Of a DNA stretch of 61,000 bases, positions 1-13,400 are shown piece after piece. The translations under genes were made by a program, and so were the position numbers. How positions within the stretch are numbered: position 1 is the first letter of the stretch; the number at the start of each line of letters is the position of its first letter. The stretch comes from Lama guanicoe (Eukaryota), in NCBI GenBank assembly GCA_013239625.1, contig MU053911.1, positions 122,697 through 183,696 of the forward strand. Reading direction: 5' to 3'. The notes below the pieces were generated by a model. The model saw nothing but the letters and a program-made list of their open reading frames with translations, had not been told where the DNA came from and did no database searches.

Positions 1-3000
1 TTCTGTGAAAAATGGCATTGGTAACTTGATAGGGATTGCATTGAATCCATGGATTGCCTTGGGTAGCATGGTCATTTTAACAATGTTGATTCTTCCAATC
101 CAAGAACACAGTATATCTTTCCAACTTTTGTGTCATCTTCAGTTTTTTCAGAGTTTTTTCGGTCTTTTGCTTCCTTACGTAGGTTTTTTTCCTAGATATT
201 TTATTCTTTTTGATGTGATGGTAAATGGGGGTGCTCCCTTAATTTCACTTTCTGATCTTTCCTTGTTAGTATTTAGAAATGCAACAGATTTCTGTGTACT
301 AATTTTGTATCCTGCAATCTTACCAAATTCATTGATGAGCTCTAGTAGTTTTCTGATAGCATAGTGAGGATTTTCTGTGTATGGTATCATGTCATCTGCA
401 AACAGTGGCAGTTTTACTTCTTCTTTTTCAGTTTAGATTCCTTTTATTTCTTCTCTTTCTCTTATTGCTGTGGATTGGACTTCCAAACTTCTATTGAATA
501 AAAGTGGCAAGAGACGCATCCTTGTCTTGTTTCTGGTCTTAGAGAAAATGCTTTCAGTTTTTCACCATTGAGAATAATGTTAGCTGTGGGTTTGTCATAT
601 CGGCCCTTTATTATGTTGAAGTATACTCTGTCTATCCCCACTTTCTGGAGTGTTTTTATTATAAATGGGTGCTGAATTTTGTCAAAAGCTTTTTCTGCAT
701 TTATTGAGATAATCATCTGACTTTTATTCTTCATTTGTTAATGTGGTGTATCACACTGATTGATTTATGGATATTGAAAAATCTTTGCAGCCCTGGAATA
801 AATCCCACCTGATCGTGGTGGATGATCCTTTTAATGTATTGTTGGAGTTGGTTTGCTAGGATTTTGTTGAGGATTTTTGCATCTATGTTCATCAATGATA
901 CTGGCCTGTGATTTTCTTTTGTGTGTATTATCTCTGGCTTTGGTATTAGGCTGATGGTGGCTTCATAGAATGAGTTTGGAAGTGTTCCTTCCTCTGAAAT
1001 TTTTTGGAATAGTTTCAGAAGGTTAGGTGTTAGCTCTCCTCAAAATGTTTGGTAGAATTTGCCTGTGAAGCCATCCAGCCTCGGATTTTTGTTTCTTGGG
1101 ACTTTTAAAATTACTAATTTGATTTCATTGCTGGTAAATGGTCTACTCATATTTTCTGTGTCTTCCTGGTTCAGTCTTGGTAAATTGTACATTTCTAAGA
1201 GATTGTCCAGTTTTTCTGGATTGTCCTTTGTGTTGGTGTGTAGTTGCTCATAGTAGCCTTATTATGATCCCTTGTAGTTCTGTAGTGTTGGTTTTAACTT
1301 TTTCATTTCTGATTTTATTAATTTGGGCCCTCTCCCTTTTTTTTCTTGATGAGTCTGGCTAAAGGTTTATTAATTTTGTGTATCTTTTCAAAGAACCAGA
1401 TTTTAGTTTCATTGATCTTAACTATTGTTTTTATTCTTTATTCCACTTATTCCTGCTTTAATTTTTATGATTTCTTCTATTAATTTTGGGTTTTGTTCAT
1501 TTTTCTAGTTGCTTTAGGTGTAAGGTTAGGTTGTTCATTTCAGATTGTTCTTGTTTTCTGAGGTAAGCTTATATCGCTGTAAAATTCCTTCTTAAGATTG
1601 CTTTTGCTGTGTCCCAGAGGTTTTGGATCATTGTGTTTTCATTTTCATTTGTCTCTAAGTATTTTTTGATTTCCTTTTTAATTTCTTCAGTGATCCACTG
1701 ATTGTTTAGTAGCGTTTTGTTTAGCCTGCACATGTTTGTGGTTTTTGCAATTTTTTTCTTGTAGTTGATTTCTAATCTCATAATGTTTTGGTTGGAAAAG
1801 ATACTTGATATGATTTCAATTTTTAAAAATTTACCAAGGCTTGTTTTGTGGGCCAGCATGTGATCTGTTCTGGAGAATATTCCATGTGCACTTGAGAGGA
1901 ATGATTATTCTGCAAACAATCAGTCCTTGATCATGTAACATCCTGTGCTTATTGCAGGAGCCTGGGAACCTGGAGCCTGGGAACCTAAATAGCTTAAGAT
2001 TATTAGCATTGTTATAATTTAGGTGGTATGTGAGGCATCATGCATGTCCTATATAAACCCTTTTACAAAAATCAATAAAGAGAGTAGCCATCAGCTCTCT
2101 CCACATATGGTGTGTTTGTGTACATGATATCGTGACACCAACACTGACTTTCAGCCTGTATTGTGTCTCCAGCTCTTAAGTGGGTCTCTTATAGACAGCA
2201 TATATATGGATCTTGTTTTTGTATCCATTCAGGCAGTCTGTCTTTTGGTTGGAGCATTTAATCCATTTATGTTTAAGGTAATTACTGATAGTTAATGTTC
2301 TTATTGCCATTTTGTTAATTTTTGAATTTTTCTGTAGATCTTCCCCCACCTTCCTTTTTTTGTTCTCTTGTGATTTGATGAGCATAGAGTTACATTTGGA
2401 TTTCTCTTTTTTGTGTGTCTATCTACTATAGATTTTTAGTGGTTACTATGAGGTTTTGGTATAGAAGTCTACATTTATACATGATTGTTTTAAATTGCTG
2501 ATCTCTTAATTTCACTTGTATTTTAGATACCCTGTGTTCATACCCTCCTCCTCTCAAGATTACTGGTTTTTATATCATATTTTACATCTAATTGTTTTGT
2601 GTATCTCTTAACTGCTTATTGTGGATACAGATGATGTCACTACTTCCCTCTTCTAACTTCCCGGTTAGTTTGTATGTAGATGATTTCCTGCCTTTACTGT
2701 ATGTTTGTTGGTGAGCATCCCCATTTTGTCATTTTCCTGTTTCTAGCTGTGGCCTTCTTTCTTCTGCCTAGAGAAATTCCCTCAACATTTGTGGTAAAGC
2801 TGGTTTATTGGTGCTGAATCCTTTTGGCTTTCGCCTGTCTGTGAAGCTTGTGATTTCTGCATCAAATCCGCATGAAAGCCTTGCTGGGTAGAATGTTCTC
2901 GGTTGTAGATTCCCCCTTTCATCTCTTCAGATATATCACGCCACTCCCTTCTGGCCTGCGCAGTTTCTGGTAAAAAATCAGGTGGTGACCTTATGGGAGC

Positions 3001-4720
3001 TCCTGTGTGTGTCATTTGTTGCTCTTCTCTTGTTCCTTTAATATTTTCTTCATAACTTTAATTTCTGTCAGTTTGACTACTCTGTGCCTTGGTGTGCTCC
3101 TCTTTGGGTTGATCCTGTGTGGAATCTCTGCACTTCCTGGACTTGGGTGACTGTTTCCTCTCCCAAGTTAGGGAAGTTTTCAGCTATTGTCTGCTCAAAT
3201 ATTTTCACAGGTCTTTTCTCTCTCTCTTCTCTTCCTGGGACTCTATAATGTGAATATTAGTGTGTTTCATGTTGTCCCAGAGGTCTCTTACACTATCCTT
3301 GTTTCTTTTCTTTTCTTTCTCTTTTTTTTTTCCTGTTCTGCAGTAGTGATTTCCAGTACTCTGTCTTGTAGCTCACTGATCCGTTCTTCTGCCTCATTTA
3401 GTCTATTCTTGGTTTCTTCTAGTGTGTTATTCATTTCAGTGATTTTATTCTTCAATTCTGCTTGGTTATTCCTTTTATTTTCTAACTCTTTGCTAAAAAC
3501 TTCCAACTTCTCTCTTTGTGCATCTGTTCTCTTCCTGAGTTCTCTAATCATCATCATGATCATTAGTTTGAATTCTTTCTCAGGTGCATTGACTTTCTCA
3601 TTACTTATTTCTTCTTCTGGGATTTCATCTTGTATGTTTGCCTGGAACATACTCTTCTGCTGCCTCATTTTGTCTAAATTTCTAGTTGCATTTTTATGTA
3701 CATTAGTTATGTTTCTCAACCTTGGAGAAGAGGCCCTCTGTAGGCGATGTCCTGTGTGCCACAGCAGTGCACTCCCCTCTCGTCACCCAGGAGCCAGGGG
3801 CCAGTTGGTCCCAGGATTGAGTAGGCCTGCATTTGTGGAGTTGTTCCACAGGCTGTGGGATCATTGTCCTCTTCCTTCTGGTGTCTGCCCCTTTTGGGTG
3901 AAGCTGGACTAGACACTTGTGGAAGAGTCCTGGCTGGAGGGGTCAGTGCCTGATATTGATGGATGGAGCTAGGTGCTGGCCCTCTGGTGGGCAGGACCAT
4001 GTACAGGGCCGTGTCTGGCGGCAGCTGTGGGCTCAGGAAGTCTTTTGGCAGCATGTCTGCTGACGAGTGGGGCTGTGTTCCCACCTAGTTTGTTGTTTGG
4101 CCTGAAGTGTCCCAGCTCTTAGGCCTACAGGTTGTTGTGTGAGGCCAGGTCTTGGTGCCAATGACCCAAGCAAATTGTCAGCCTCCAGGAAATCTCATGG
4201 AGATGAACACTCCCCAGATGTCCACCGCCAGCTTTTGTGTCCCCAGGGTGAGCTGCAGCCAAGCCCAGGCTCCTGTGAAATCGCTGCTTCTGCCCTTGGC
4301 CCTGTTGCTTGTGAGACTGTGTGTGTGCTCTGTAACACCAGAGTCTCCTTTTCCCCCAGTCCTGCGGGGCTCCTGCTGCCAAACCCCGCTGGCCTTCAAA
4401 GCTAGATGCTCTGGAGGCTTGACTTCCGCTGCCAGATCCCTGGGCTGGGGAGCCACGTGGGGCTCAGAACTCTCCCTCCTGTGTGTGAGCCTCTGTGATG
4501 CAATTCTTGTCCAGCTTGTGGGGGTAGCTCGCCCGGGGGGATGTGACGGTGCCCCTCCTGCTGTCCCGCTCCGGTTCCCTCTCTGTGTCTCCAGCTGAAG
4601 ATCTTTCTCAGTGGGTTCCAGGCTTTTTTTTTTTCAGTCAGTGGTTATGAAGCAGTCAGTGTGGTTTTGCTGTGTTCGTGAGAGGTGGTGAGCTCAAGGG
4701 CTGCCTGTTCTGCCACCCGG
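1..4720 (-). mobile_element. Decayed LINE-1 (5'UTR ~3720-4720, ORF1 ~2780-3720, inter-ORF, ORF2 N-terminal half running off the window start)
   Basis: Minus-strand ORF fragments with L1 motifs: ORF2 [62 protein letters not shown]1 coiled coil ELKNKITEMNNTLEETKNRLNEAEERISEL; many stops and frameshifts. Confidence 0.95.
1913..2143 (+). mobile_element. Probable 3' part of an LTR inserted in the L1 endonuclease region
   Basis: Non-L1 block with TATATAAA (2050-2057), AATAAA (2074-2079) and terminal ...CAACA; L1 sequence resumes on both sides with a gap. Confidence 0.5.
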
Positions 4721-4739
4721 ACAAGATCTCTGTGACATT

Positions 4740-4930
4740 CTTTCCTCTTTTAATTGACGTGTAATTGAGCGCCCATATTATATTAGTTTCAGGTGTACAA
4801 CATGGTGATTCAATTTTTTTATAGGTCAGAGTCCATTTAAAGTTACTACAAGCCAGTGGTTGTGGTTCCCTGTGCGGTGCAGTATACCCTTGTTGCTCAC
4901 TCATTCTATACATTGTAGTTTGTATCTCTT
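4740..4930 (-). mobile_element. Short L1 3'-end fragment
   Basis: tttttaattgacgtgtaattga...attagtttcaggtgtacaacatggtgattca...ccctgtgcggtgcagta is the reverse complement of a typical laurasiatherian L1 3' terminus. Confidence 0.75.
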
Positions 4931-4934
4931 CTTA

Positions 4935-6340
4935 TTTTTTTCCCCGAGATTTTATCTTGATCTTTCACTTGGAACATATTCCCCTCTTTCTTCATTTTAC
5001 TTGACTGCCTGTTGTTTTCTGTGCATTAGATGAAACAGTCTCCTCTCCCAGTCTCAAAGGGTTGGTCTCGTGTTGGGTGACCTTGTTTTTCAACCCTGTC
5101 TTCGTTCTGTGTTGTCTCTCAAAGCTGATTTTAGTTGTAATATCTGCTAGTAGTTTAGGGTGTTCCAACACCAGTCAGTGTCTCAGAGGGAGGATCTCAT
5201 TCAGTTTCCAGACTCAGGCTCATTTGAAGTGAGACTCTGCCTAACAGCTGCTGAGGAATGCACATGCGCACAGTTGTAAGGGACTGAGTGTGTGAGGCCT
5301 GCCGGCCCCCGGCCTGGCACAGTGGAGGTGGCCCCAGGACAGCAGCCACAAGAGTTGGGGTTCCAGACAAGTGTGCAGGCTCCATTTTGGGAGATACCAG
5401 TGAGCTGTAGCACGGCCAAGGGTGGGTGCAAGGTTGGCATCCTAGTCTCTGTGCCGTGATTGCTGCTCTGTAACCCAGGCGAGTGCCAAGGCTGAGGCCT
5501 GCACCGAAGGCCAGTGTTCCCTGGTCCAGCAGGTGGGGCCCTTTCACAGAGAGGCTGTGGGTGTGTTTCAGCTGCTGGCTACGCAGTGCCCTGGGGCTGG
5601 TAGCCTGCCGAGAACTGTCTCTCCGATTGTCCATCTGGTGGGACCCGAGGACACAAGCCCCCCTGGTTATCAGAGTCAGGTGGTCAGGGGGTACTCTGGA
5701 CGATGGCTTAAAACACTAGGGTGCCAGACACATAGGAGAGCTTCCCTCTGAGATACACTAGCGTCTGGAGCCTGGCAAAGGGAGAGCATGAGGACGGTGC
5801 CTGCTCTGTGACGTCTCAGGAAGGGTTTACCGTCAGCCCTAGATGTGTGTTTAGTTAGAACTTTTCCCCTCAGGCTGCAGCTGTAGTGATAGACCAGTGG
5901 GCCTCTTAGAGAAGGACTGGGCTTCCTGGGGCTGTGGCCTTTTGCTGTGCCCTGGGGGTGGTTGCTGTGCTGGTCACTGTCCTGTGGGGCTGGAAGCATA
6001 AGCCCACTGGCCACCAGAACCAGGCAATGTGGAGGTGTCCCTGGGTGTCCACTGCTACAGTCATGGCACCAGAGAAGGGCATAAGCTTCTTTCAAAGACA
6101 CCGGCGAGAGGGAGCGAGGCAGATGGGGAGGGTGAGGACTGTGCACGGGCCTCCGTTCCCCGAGTCCGGCTCTGGAGGCCCCTGTGAGCACAGAGCCAGC
6201 AGCCTGCGCGCAAAGCTCCTAGGCAAGCAGGGGCCTTGTTCTGAGCCAGACGGGGAGTGGGCTTCAGCCTGCTGTCCGTGTGGTGCCCTGGGAGCGGGCG
6301 TCTGTGAGGAACCACGTTTTTTTCCTTTCATTTTTGCTCA
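4935..6340 (-). mobile_element. L1 ORF1-start plus GC-rich 5'UTR remnant
   Basis: Begins like the ORF1-start/5'UTR junction seen at ~3640-3730 (ttggaacatattcccctctttcttcattttac) and continues in similar GC-rich UTR-type sequence. Confidence 0.6.
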
Positions 6341-8629
6341 GTTACTCTTGCATATGTAGGCACATAAATAGTTGAGTTGATTGACTTATCCAATTAAATC
6401 TTAAAGCTGTTACTAGTGAGTGGTCTGTTGAACACATCATGATTGTTTCATAGACCTGTTCACAAAGCAGTCTAGAAGCAGAAAGCCTGCGCCAGACCCA
6501 TCAGTGCAGCGTCACACTGTGTCAGTAAGAGGCTGCTGTCCAGCGAGAGTAAGAACAAACTGTGTCAGTGTTTCTTTCCAGTCGTTGACCTGAATTACTG
6601 AGAATTCAAATTCAGTGTACATGAGACTTATTTTTTTTATCTACACAGCTTAATACATAAAATTTTAGCTTATATTGGCCACCCAGAAAAGAGGAAAGAA
6701 TTACCTAGAAGCATGTATTTCTCTGCTTCATGGCTATTTTAAATAGTTCTAGATTACAGACCCAGATGAGTTGGCAAGAATTAGGTAATGAATGTAACGA
6801 CTAATCCAGTTTTAATGTCTGTAGTGATTGTTTATATTTTTAAAGCATATATGTTTTTAATGTTATATCAGAAAAAATTAGACTTTGGTTTATTTACTTG
6901 TTGCTTTATAAACTTAGGGGTTGATTTTTTCTGTCATTTATTCCTTTACATTATAAATAATGTGTGGTCACTATTATGGATATTTGAGAAGGTATAAGAA
7001 AAAGTCTTAATAATTATCTTCAGCTTTAATGGGACCATAACCAGCTTATGAACAGTGAAGAAATAGAAGCAAAGTGTGATTCTAGTATAGTGATGTGAAG
7101 TTTATGGCAGAACATGACGTACTACTGTACTTTTCCTTTGGAAACATGGTGAGGTTTAGGCTTTGAAAATGCTGGAAAGCCAGTAATTTGTCACCTGAAG
7201 AACATGAAGTGGTAACTTTTCATATAAGGTGTTTTTATAGTGTACATTTATTGCTGCTGATGAATTTGATAGAATCTTTATATATTTAGTGAGTGTCAGA
7301 AAGCAGAATCATTAACTTAAAGGTGCTTTAAAGAGAATCTCCAGTCCCTGTGAAGACGTAGAAAGACAGTCTCAGTTTCTTCCTATGATCTGTTGGAAAA
7401 GTCATGTTGAGGGGTTGTGGCAGGGTTGCCGTGAGTTACTGCTACGTGGCTGATCAGTGAGAGTCAGGAATGATAATAAGGACGTAGGAGAATGACCGAT
7501 GGGCCAGGTGGGACCGCAGACTGAGGACGGGACGTGGAAGAATAGATGAAGTTTCCTAACTTCAGGGGAAGATTATTTCAATTAAGTTTAGTTTAAATAG
7601 GGAAACGTGGGCTGACTGTCCATGCTCTGCAAGGCTCTGTGCTAGACATTTTGGGGAGTGTAAGATGGCAGCTGTGCGGTCATTGCCCTCCATGCATCGG
7701 CATCCCAGTGAGACGCAGGATGTGTGAAGAAATAAGTAGAGCACAATACAGAAGATGCATTCCACAGAAAGTTAATGAGAAGCTGCAGCAGATAGGAGGA
7801 ACGGTTGTTTCTGGCTGGACTGAGAGTAACACAGTGTTTAATTTAAGAAAGACAGTTGGGTGGATTTTAATGGGAATATGTGGAAACGGTGTTAGAAGTG
7901 CACTGAACAGTTGAAGCAAAGAGGAGTGCCTAGGATGTGCACAGTGTGCCAGGGAAAGGTCAGTTGTTACTTTTTCTGGAGTCTGTACTGAGGAGAATAG
8001 TGAGAGATAAGACATGGCATAGTGTCGTTTCAGCTTGCTAGCTTTTACAGAGTTGCCCTTAACAGCTTTAGGTTGAATATTGCTAAATAAAATAAAAAAA
8101 TCAAACTATCAAGCATATGGCACAATATTATTTATCGAACTTCCTTTTGGGTTACTTCTTAGACCCTAATAGAATTTCTGAAATACTTTCGAAAAGTGTC
8201 CCAAACCTTCAGAGAAGGGATGGAAGTAAAGTAAGGAGATCCCACCTAAGCAGACACATGGCATTGGTTACAATAAAGGACAGTTTTCGCACTTTACAAC
8301 ATTTAGCAGTTTATTTTGGCTTAGGGAATGAATTAGTGGCAAATATTTAATCAGACACAACAGATGCTAGTAATTTAGTGTTTCACTTCATGCGAGTTGT
8401 CTTTTCTTAATTGTTTTACGGCGTTGAAATTTACACCTTTTAGAAATGAAAATGTAAACTATTTGTGTTTTATTTTTAAGAGTTACACAGCCAAGCTACT
8501 TTAGTCTAAATCCTTTTTTTACGTTTTCCCCCAGTACTGATTATATTTGCTGTAAAGCACATCTGTACTAGAGAGGAATTACATTAATACATGTGCATTT
8601 CTTCTCCATAGATTAGATGATTAACTGTT

Positions 8630-8920
8630 AAATTTGCTCATTCCCTTATTCACTAAATTCATTAATTCAGCAAATATTTTTGTCACCTTCATGTGCAAGT
8701 GCTCTTTTGGGCTTTAGGTCTTACTGAGAAACTACAAATCAGGTCTGTTCTCCTGTGGTGTTGACGTTATAGTGACAAAGACTGGCAATAAACAAGTGAA
8801 ATAAATGAGCAAGGTAATTTTAGAAAGTAGTAAATGAAGACAATAAAACTCCCTGATACAGGGAGTCACAGGGAAGGATAATTTAGATTAGATGATCAAG
8901 GAAGACATTATGTGTGAAGA
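8630..8920 (-). mobile_element. Old LINE-2 3' fragment
   Basis: tcattcccttattcactaaattcattaattcagcaaatatttt...gtgcaagtgctcttttgggc resembles the L2 3' end. Confidence 0.55.
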
Positions 8921-9474
8921 AAAGGTATTATCTCATTATGAAATTAAAGAATTAAAATTATTTTCTCTTTCAAATTTTCACCAGAAGAAACTTCTACAAA
9001 TGAAAATTTACCTTGTCATTAAAAACACTAGGGGACGTCTCATAATTTCCTCAGTTAACTGTTGTGAATGGAGCATATTACTTACTAGTGACCCAAACTG
9101 CAGGCATAAGGTAGATTTTAAAGAGGAGACCTTACAAACTAAAACAGGAGAGGATACAATATCCCTTGAGCCCACTGTGGTGCTCAGCAGCTTTTTTAAC
9201 TAAACATGCTAGTGTTCCACAGCACTCCTGTGTGCACCACATTTTGTTTGGAGAGCACTTTACCCTCTCTGCATGCAGTACTGTTGGATGATCATAGCAG
9301 TTCAGACAGTTCTTCACCAGTTCATGTACTTGATCAGCAGGACAGCTGTCCAACCTGCATGGCTGTGTACCTTTGCTGGGCGTAATAATCCAGGACTTCC
9401 ATATCAATTACATGATCCCAGAAAGAAACAGCAAACTCAGTTGTAAGAAAAAATACGAAAACAGTAGCCCTGTG

Positions 9475-9954
9475 TGATGGATGCCTGAGACCACCCCCAT
9501 CACTAGGAGGATTCCCAGCACTCAGCATAGAGTAACTTGTTGCAGCAAAAGGACACAAAGCAAAGTCAGCAAGGGGAAGAATCCAGGAGACACCAGGTAC
9601 AGGTTCCCCAGAGTCCTTTTGCACTGGAGTCTCACAGGATGCTCTCGACTCCTCCAGCAGTGAACTGTGACAGCACAGGTGAAATGTCTGCAGGGAAGCT
9701 CGTTAGAGACTTGTGTAGCGCCCTCGGACTGTCATGTACCAAACCCCAAACTCCCAGGAGGAGAGCAGGTGTTCTGCAGGACCACTGTGTTGTACTAACA
9801 GTTTGGACACGGAAAACTGTTCTTATCAGTTCTGAGAATTGTAGGAACCCTCTCAAAGTCTAGGGCCCCAAATGCAGGCCAAGACTCCACCTTGCAGCCA
9901 GGTCTTTGGAAGAATAGCAGCTTAGTTTCTGCTGTTTGCACTCTTCTCTGTGCA
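9475..9954 (-). repeat. MER21-like LTR (3' LTR)
   Basis: Reverse complement starts TGCACAGAGAAGAGTGCAAACAGCAG...GCTGCTATTCTTCCAAAGACCTGGCTGCAAGG, like the recalled MER21 5' end; homologous to 17993-18507. Confidence 0.75.
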
Positions 9955-10449
9955 GTGCGTCCCCGTGGCCCTTGGCCAGGAGTAAAATTATTATCAGTGG
10001 GACCCCACACTCCAGGATGACACCAACATACAGCGTTGGTCCCAGTTAAGCCTTTTAGGAGCCCTGGACGTAGCTAGTTAAAAGAAATCCTGTTAACCAT
10101 ATCTTAGAAATCCGAGTGGCTGCCTTATTAGTTTTATAAGGGGGTACCAGTTCAGGTACTGCAAAACTCCGGCCAGTAAGTTACAGCTGACCTGAAGACC
10201 TTCCATGGCTGAGACAGTGTCATAGCCGAGACAGTGTCATGGCCGTCAGGGCACACACACAAAATATAATCACACAGAGCAGCACGTGGTACCCCTGGAA
10301 ACAAAGACAGTACAATGGCTGGAGCATCCCATGAGGACGTGCATTAGTCAGGCAGTAGCGGTAACAGGGCCCCCACATGACCTCCACCCTGGGCCTCTCA
10401 GCTCAGGGTCCTCAGTTCAGTACAGTTGATTTAGTTGTAGTAAGGTCTT

Positions 10450-13400
10450 TGTTTTATTTATTTATTTTTCTTGAAGTATAGTCGATTTACAATGTATTAA
10501 TTTCTGGTGTACAGCATAGTGATTCAGTTGTACATATATATATTCCTTTTAATATTCTTTTTTCATTATAGGATGTTACAAGGTATTAAATATAATTCCA
10601 TGTGCTATACAGTATTAACTTGTCTATTTTATGTATAGCGTTTAGTGTCTGCAAATCCCGAACTTCCAGTTTATCCCTTTCCACCCTCTCTCCCCTGATA
10701 ACCATAAGTTTGTTTTGTCTGTAAATCTGTTTCTGTTTTGTAGTAAGTTCATTTGTATTGTTTCTTTAGATTCCACATATAGGTGATATCATAGTCTTTT
10801 TCTTTCTCTTTCTGACTTACTTCACTTAATATGATAATCTCCAGGTCCGTTTATGTTGCTGCAAGTGGCATTATTTTATTCTTTTTATGGCTGCATAGTA
10901 TTCCATTGTGTATATATACCACAACTTCTTTATTTAATCATCTGTCGATGATATTTAGGTTGCTTCCATGTCTTGGCTATTGTAAATATTGCTGCAGTGA
11001 ACATTGAGGTGCATGTGTCTTTTCGAATTAGTTTCCTCCAGATATATGTCCAGGAGTGGGATTGCTGGATCATGTGGTAAGTCTATTTTTAATTTTTAAA
11101 GGAATCTCCATACTGCTTTCCATAATGGGTGCACCAAACTGCATTCCCATCAATAGTGTAGGACAGTTCCCTTTTCTCCACACCCTCTCCAGCATTTATT
11201 GTTTGGATTTTTGAATGATGGCCTTTCTGACTTGTGTGAGGTGATACCTCATTGTAGTTTTGATTTGCATTTCTCTGATAATTAGTGATATTGAGTGTTT
11301 TTTCATATGCCTGTTGGCCATTTGTATGTCTTCATTGGAGAATTGCTTTTTTAGGTTATTTGCCCATTTTTGGAGTGGGTTGTTTGTTTTCTTGTTATTG
11401 AGTTGTATGAGTTGTTTGTGTATTCTGGGAATTAATCATTGTTGTATCATTTTCAAATGTACTTTCTTATTCTGGAGGTTTTCTTTTTGTTTTGTGTATA
11501 ATTTCCATTGTTGTGTAAACAGCTTGTAAGTTTGATTAGGCTGCACTTGTTTATATTTGCTTTTATTTCTATTGCCTTGGTGGACTGTCCTGGGAGAACA
11601 CTGGTACAAGTTATGCCGGAGAATGTTCTGCCTATGTTCTCTCCTAGGAGATTCATGGTGTTCCGTATTAAGTGTTTGAGTCATTTTGAATTTATTTTTG
11701 TGTATGGTGTGAGGGAGTGTTCTAATTACCTTGATTAACATGAGGCTGTCCAGCTTTCCCAACACTACTTGTTGAAGAGACTGTCTTTTCTCCACTGGAT
11801 ATTCTTACCTCCTTTGAAGATTAATTGACTAAGCCTGTGGGTTTATTTCTGGGCTCTCTATTCTGTTCCATTGATCTATATGTCTGTTTTTGTGCTAGTA
11901 CCATGCTGTTTTGATTACTGTAGCTTTGTAGTATTGTCTGAAATCTGGGAGTGTTATTCTCCCAGCTTTGTTCTTTCTTCAGTATTGCTTTGGCAATTCT
12001 GGGTCTTTTGTGATCCCATATAAATTTTAGGATTATTCTAGTTCTATGAAAAATGTCCTGGGTAAATTGACAGGGATTGCATTAAATCTGTAGATTTCCT
12101 TGAGTAGTATGGCCATTTAACAATGTAAATTCTTCCAATCTAAGAGCATGGGATATCTTTCCATCTCTTTAAGTCATCTTTAACTTCCCTGACCAGTGTT
12201 TTGTAGTTCTTCACATGTAAGTCTTTCACCTCATTGGTCAGGTTTATTCCTAAGTATTTTATTTTTAAATACGATTTTAAAAGGGATTTTTGTTTTTTAC
12301 TTTGCTTTTCTGAAATTTCATTGTTAGTGTGAAGAAATGCAACAGATTTCTGTATGTTAATGTTGTATCCTGCTACCTTGCTAAATTCTTATTTCAGGTC
12401 TAGTAGTTTCTGTGTGGAGCCTTTACGACTATCTATATATAGCATCATGTCATCTGCATATATTGACAGTTTTATCTCTTCTCTTCCAATTTGGATCCCT
12501 TTTATTTATTATTTATTGTGTGATTGCTGTGGCTAGAACTTCCAATACTATGTTACGTAGAAGTGGTGAGGGTGGGCATCCTTGTATTGTCCCAGATTTT
12601 ACCAGGAAAACTTTCAGCTTTTCACCACTGAGTATTATGCTGGCTGTGGGTTTGTCATATAGCTTTTATTATGTGAAGATATATTTCCTCTATACCCAGT
12701 TTGGTAAAAGTTTATATCATAAATGGGTGTTGAATTTTGTCAAATGCCTTTTCAGCATCTATTGAGATGATCTTGTGATTGTTGTCGTTTCTTTTGTTGC
12801 TTTGGTGTATCACATTGATTGACCTGTATATGTTCAATCATCCTTGCGTCCTTGGGATGAATCCAACTCGATCATGGTGTATGATCTTTTTTATGTGTTA
12901 TTGGTTTCTGTTTGTTAAATTTTGTTGAGAATTTTTGCATCTATGTTCATCAGTGATATTGGCCTGTAATTTTCTGTTTTGGTAGCATCTTTGGTTTTGT
13001 TATCAGGATGATAGTGGCTTCATGGAATGAGTTTGGGAATGTTCCTTCCTCTTCCGTCTCTTAGGAGGTTTTGGGAAGGATTAGTATGAGTTCTTTGTAT
13101 GTTTGATAGAATTCCCCAGTGAAGCCATCTGGGCCTGGATTTTTGTTTGCAAGGAGTTTTTTTTTTTTTAATTGCTGATTGTATTTCACTTCTAGTGATC
13201 AGTGTGTTCAAGTGCTCTATGTCTTCTTGATTCAGTTTTGGTGGACTGTATGTTTCTGGAAACTTATCCATTTCTTGTAAGTTGGCCACTTTGTTGTCAT
13301 ATAGTTGTTCATAGTATTGTTACATATTTTTAAAATTTCAATAGTGTTGGTTGTAATTTCTCCATTTTCATTTCTTATTTTATTTATTTGTGTCCTCTCT

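Noticed and set aside
3187..3912. 241-aa + strand hydrophobic ORF
   Set aside because: Antisense shadow of L1 ORF1; the Phe/Ser/Leu richness reflects the complement of Lys/Glu codons
7024..7075. Possible internal exon after ttatcttcAG
   Set aside because: Stops in all three frames within ~30 nt and no strong donor; no homology support
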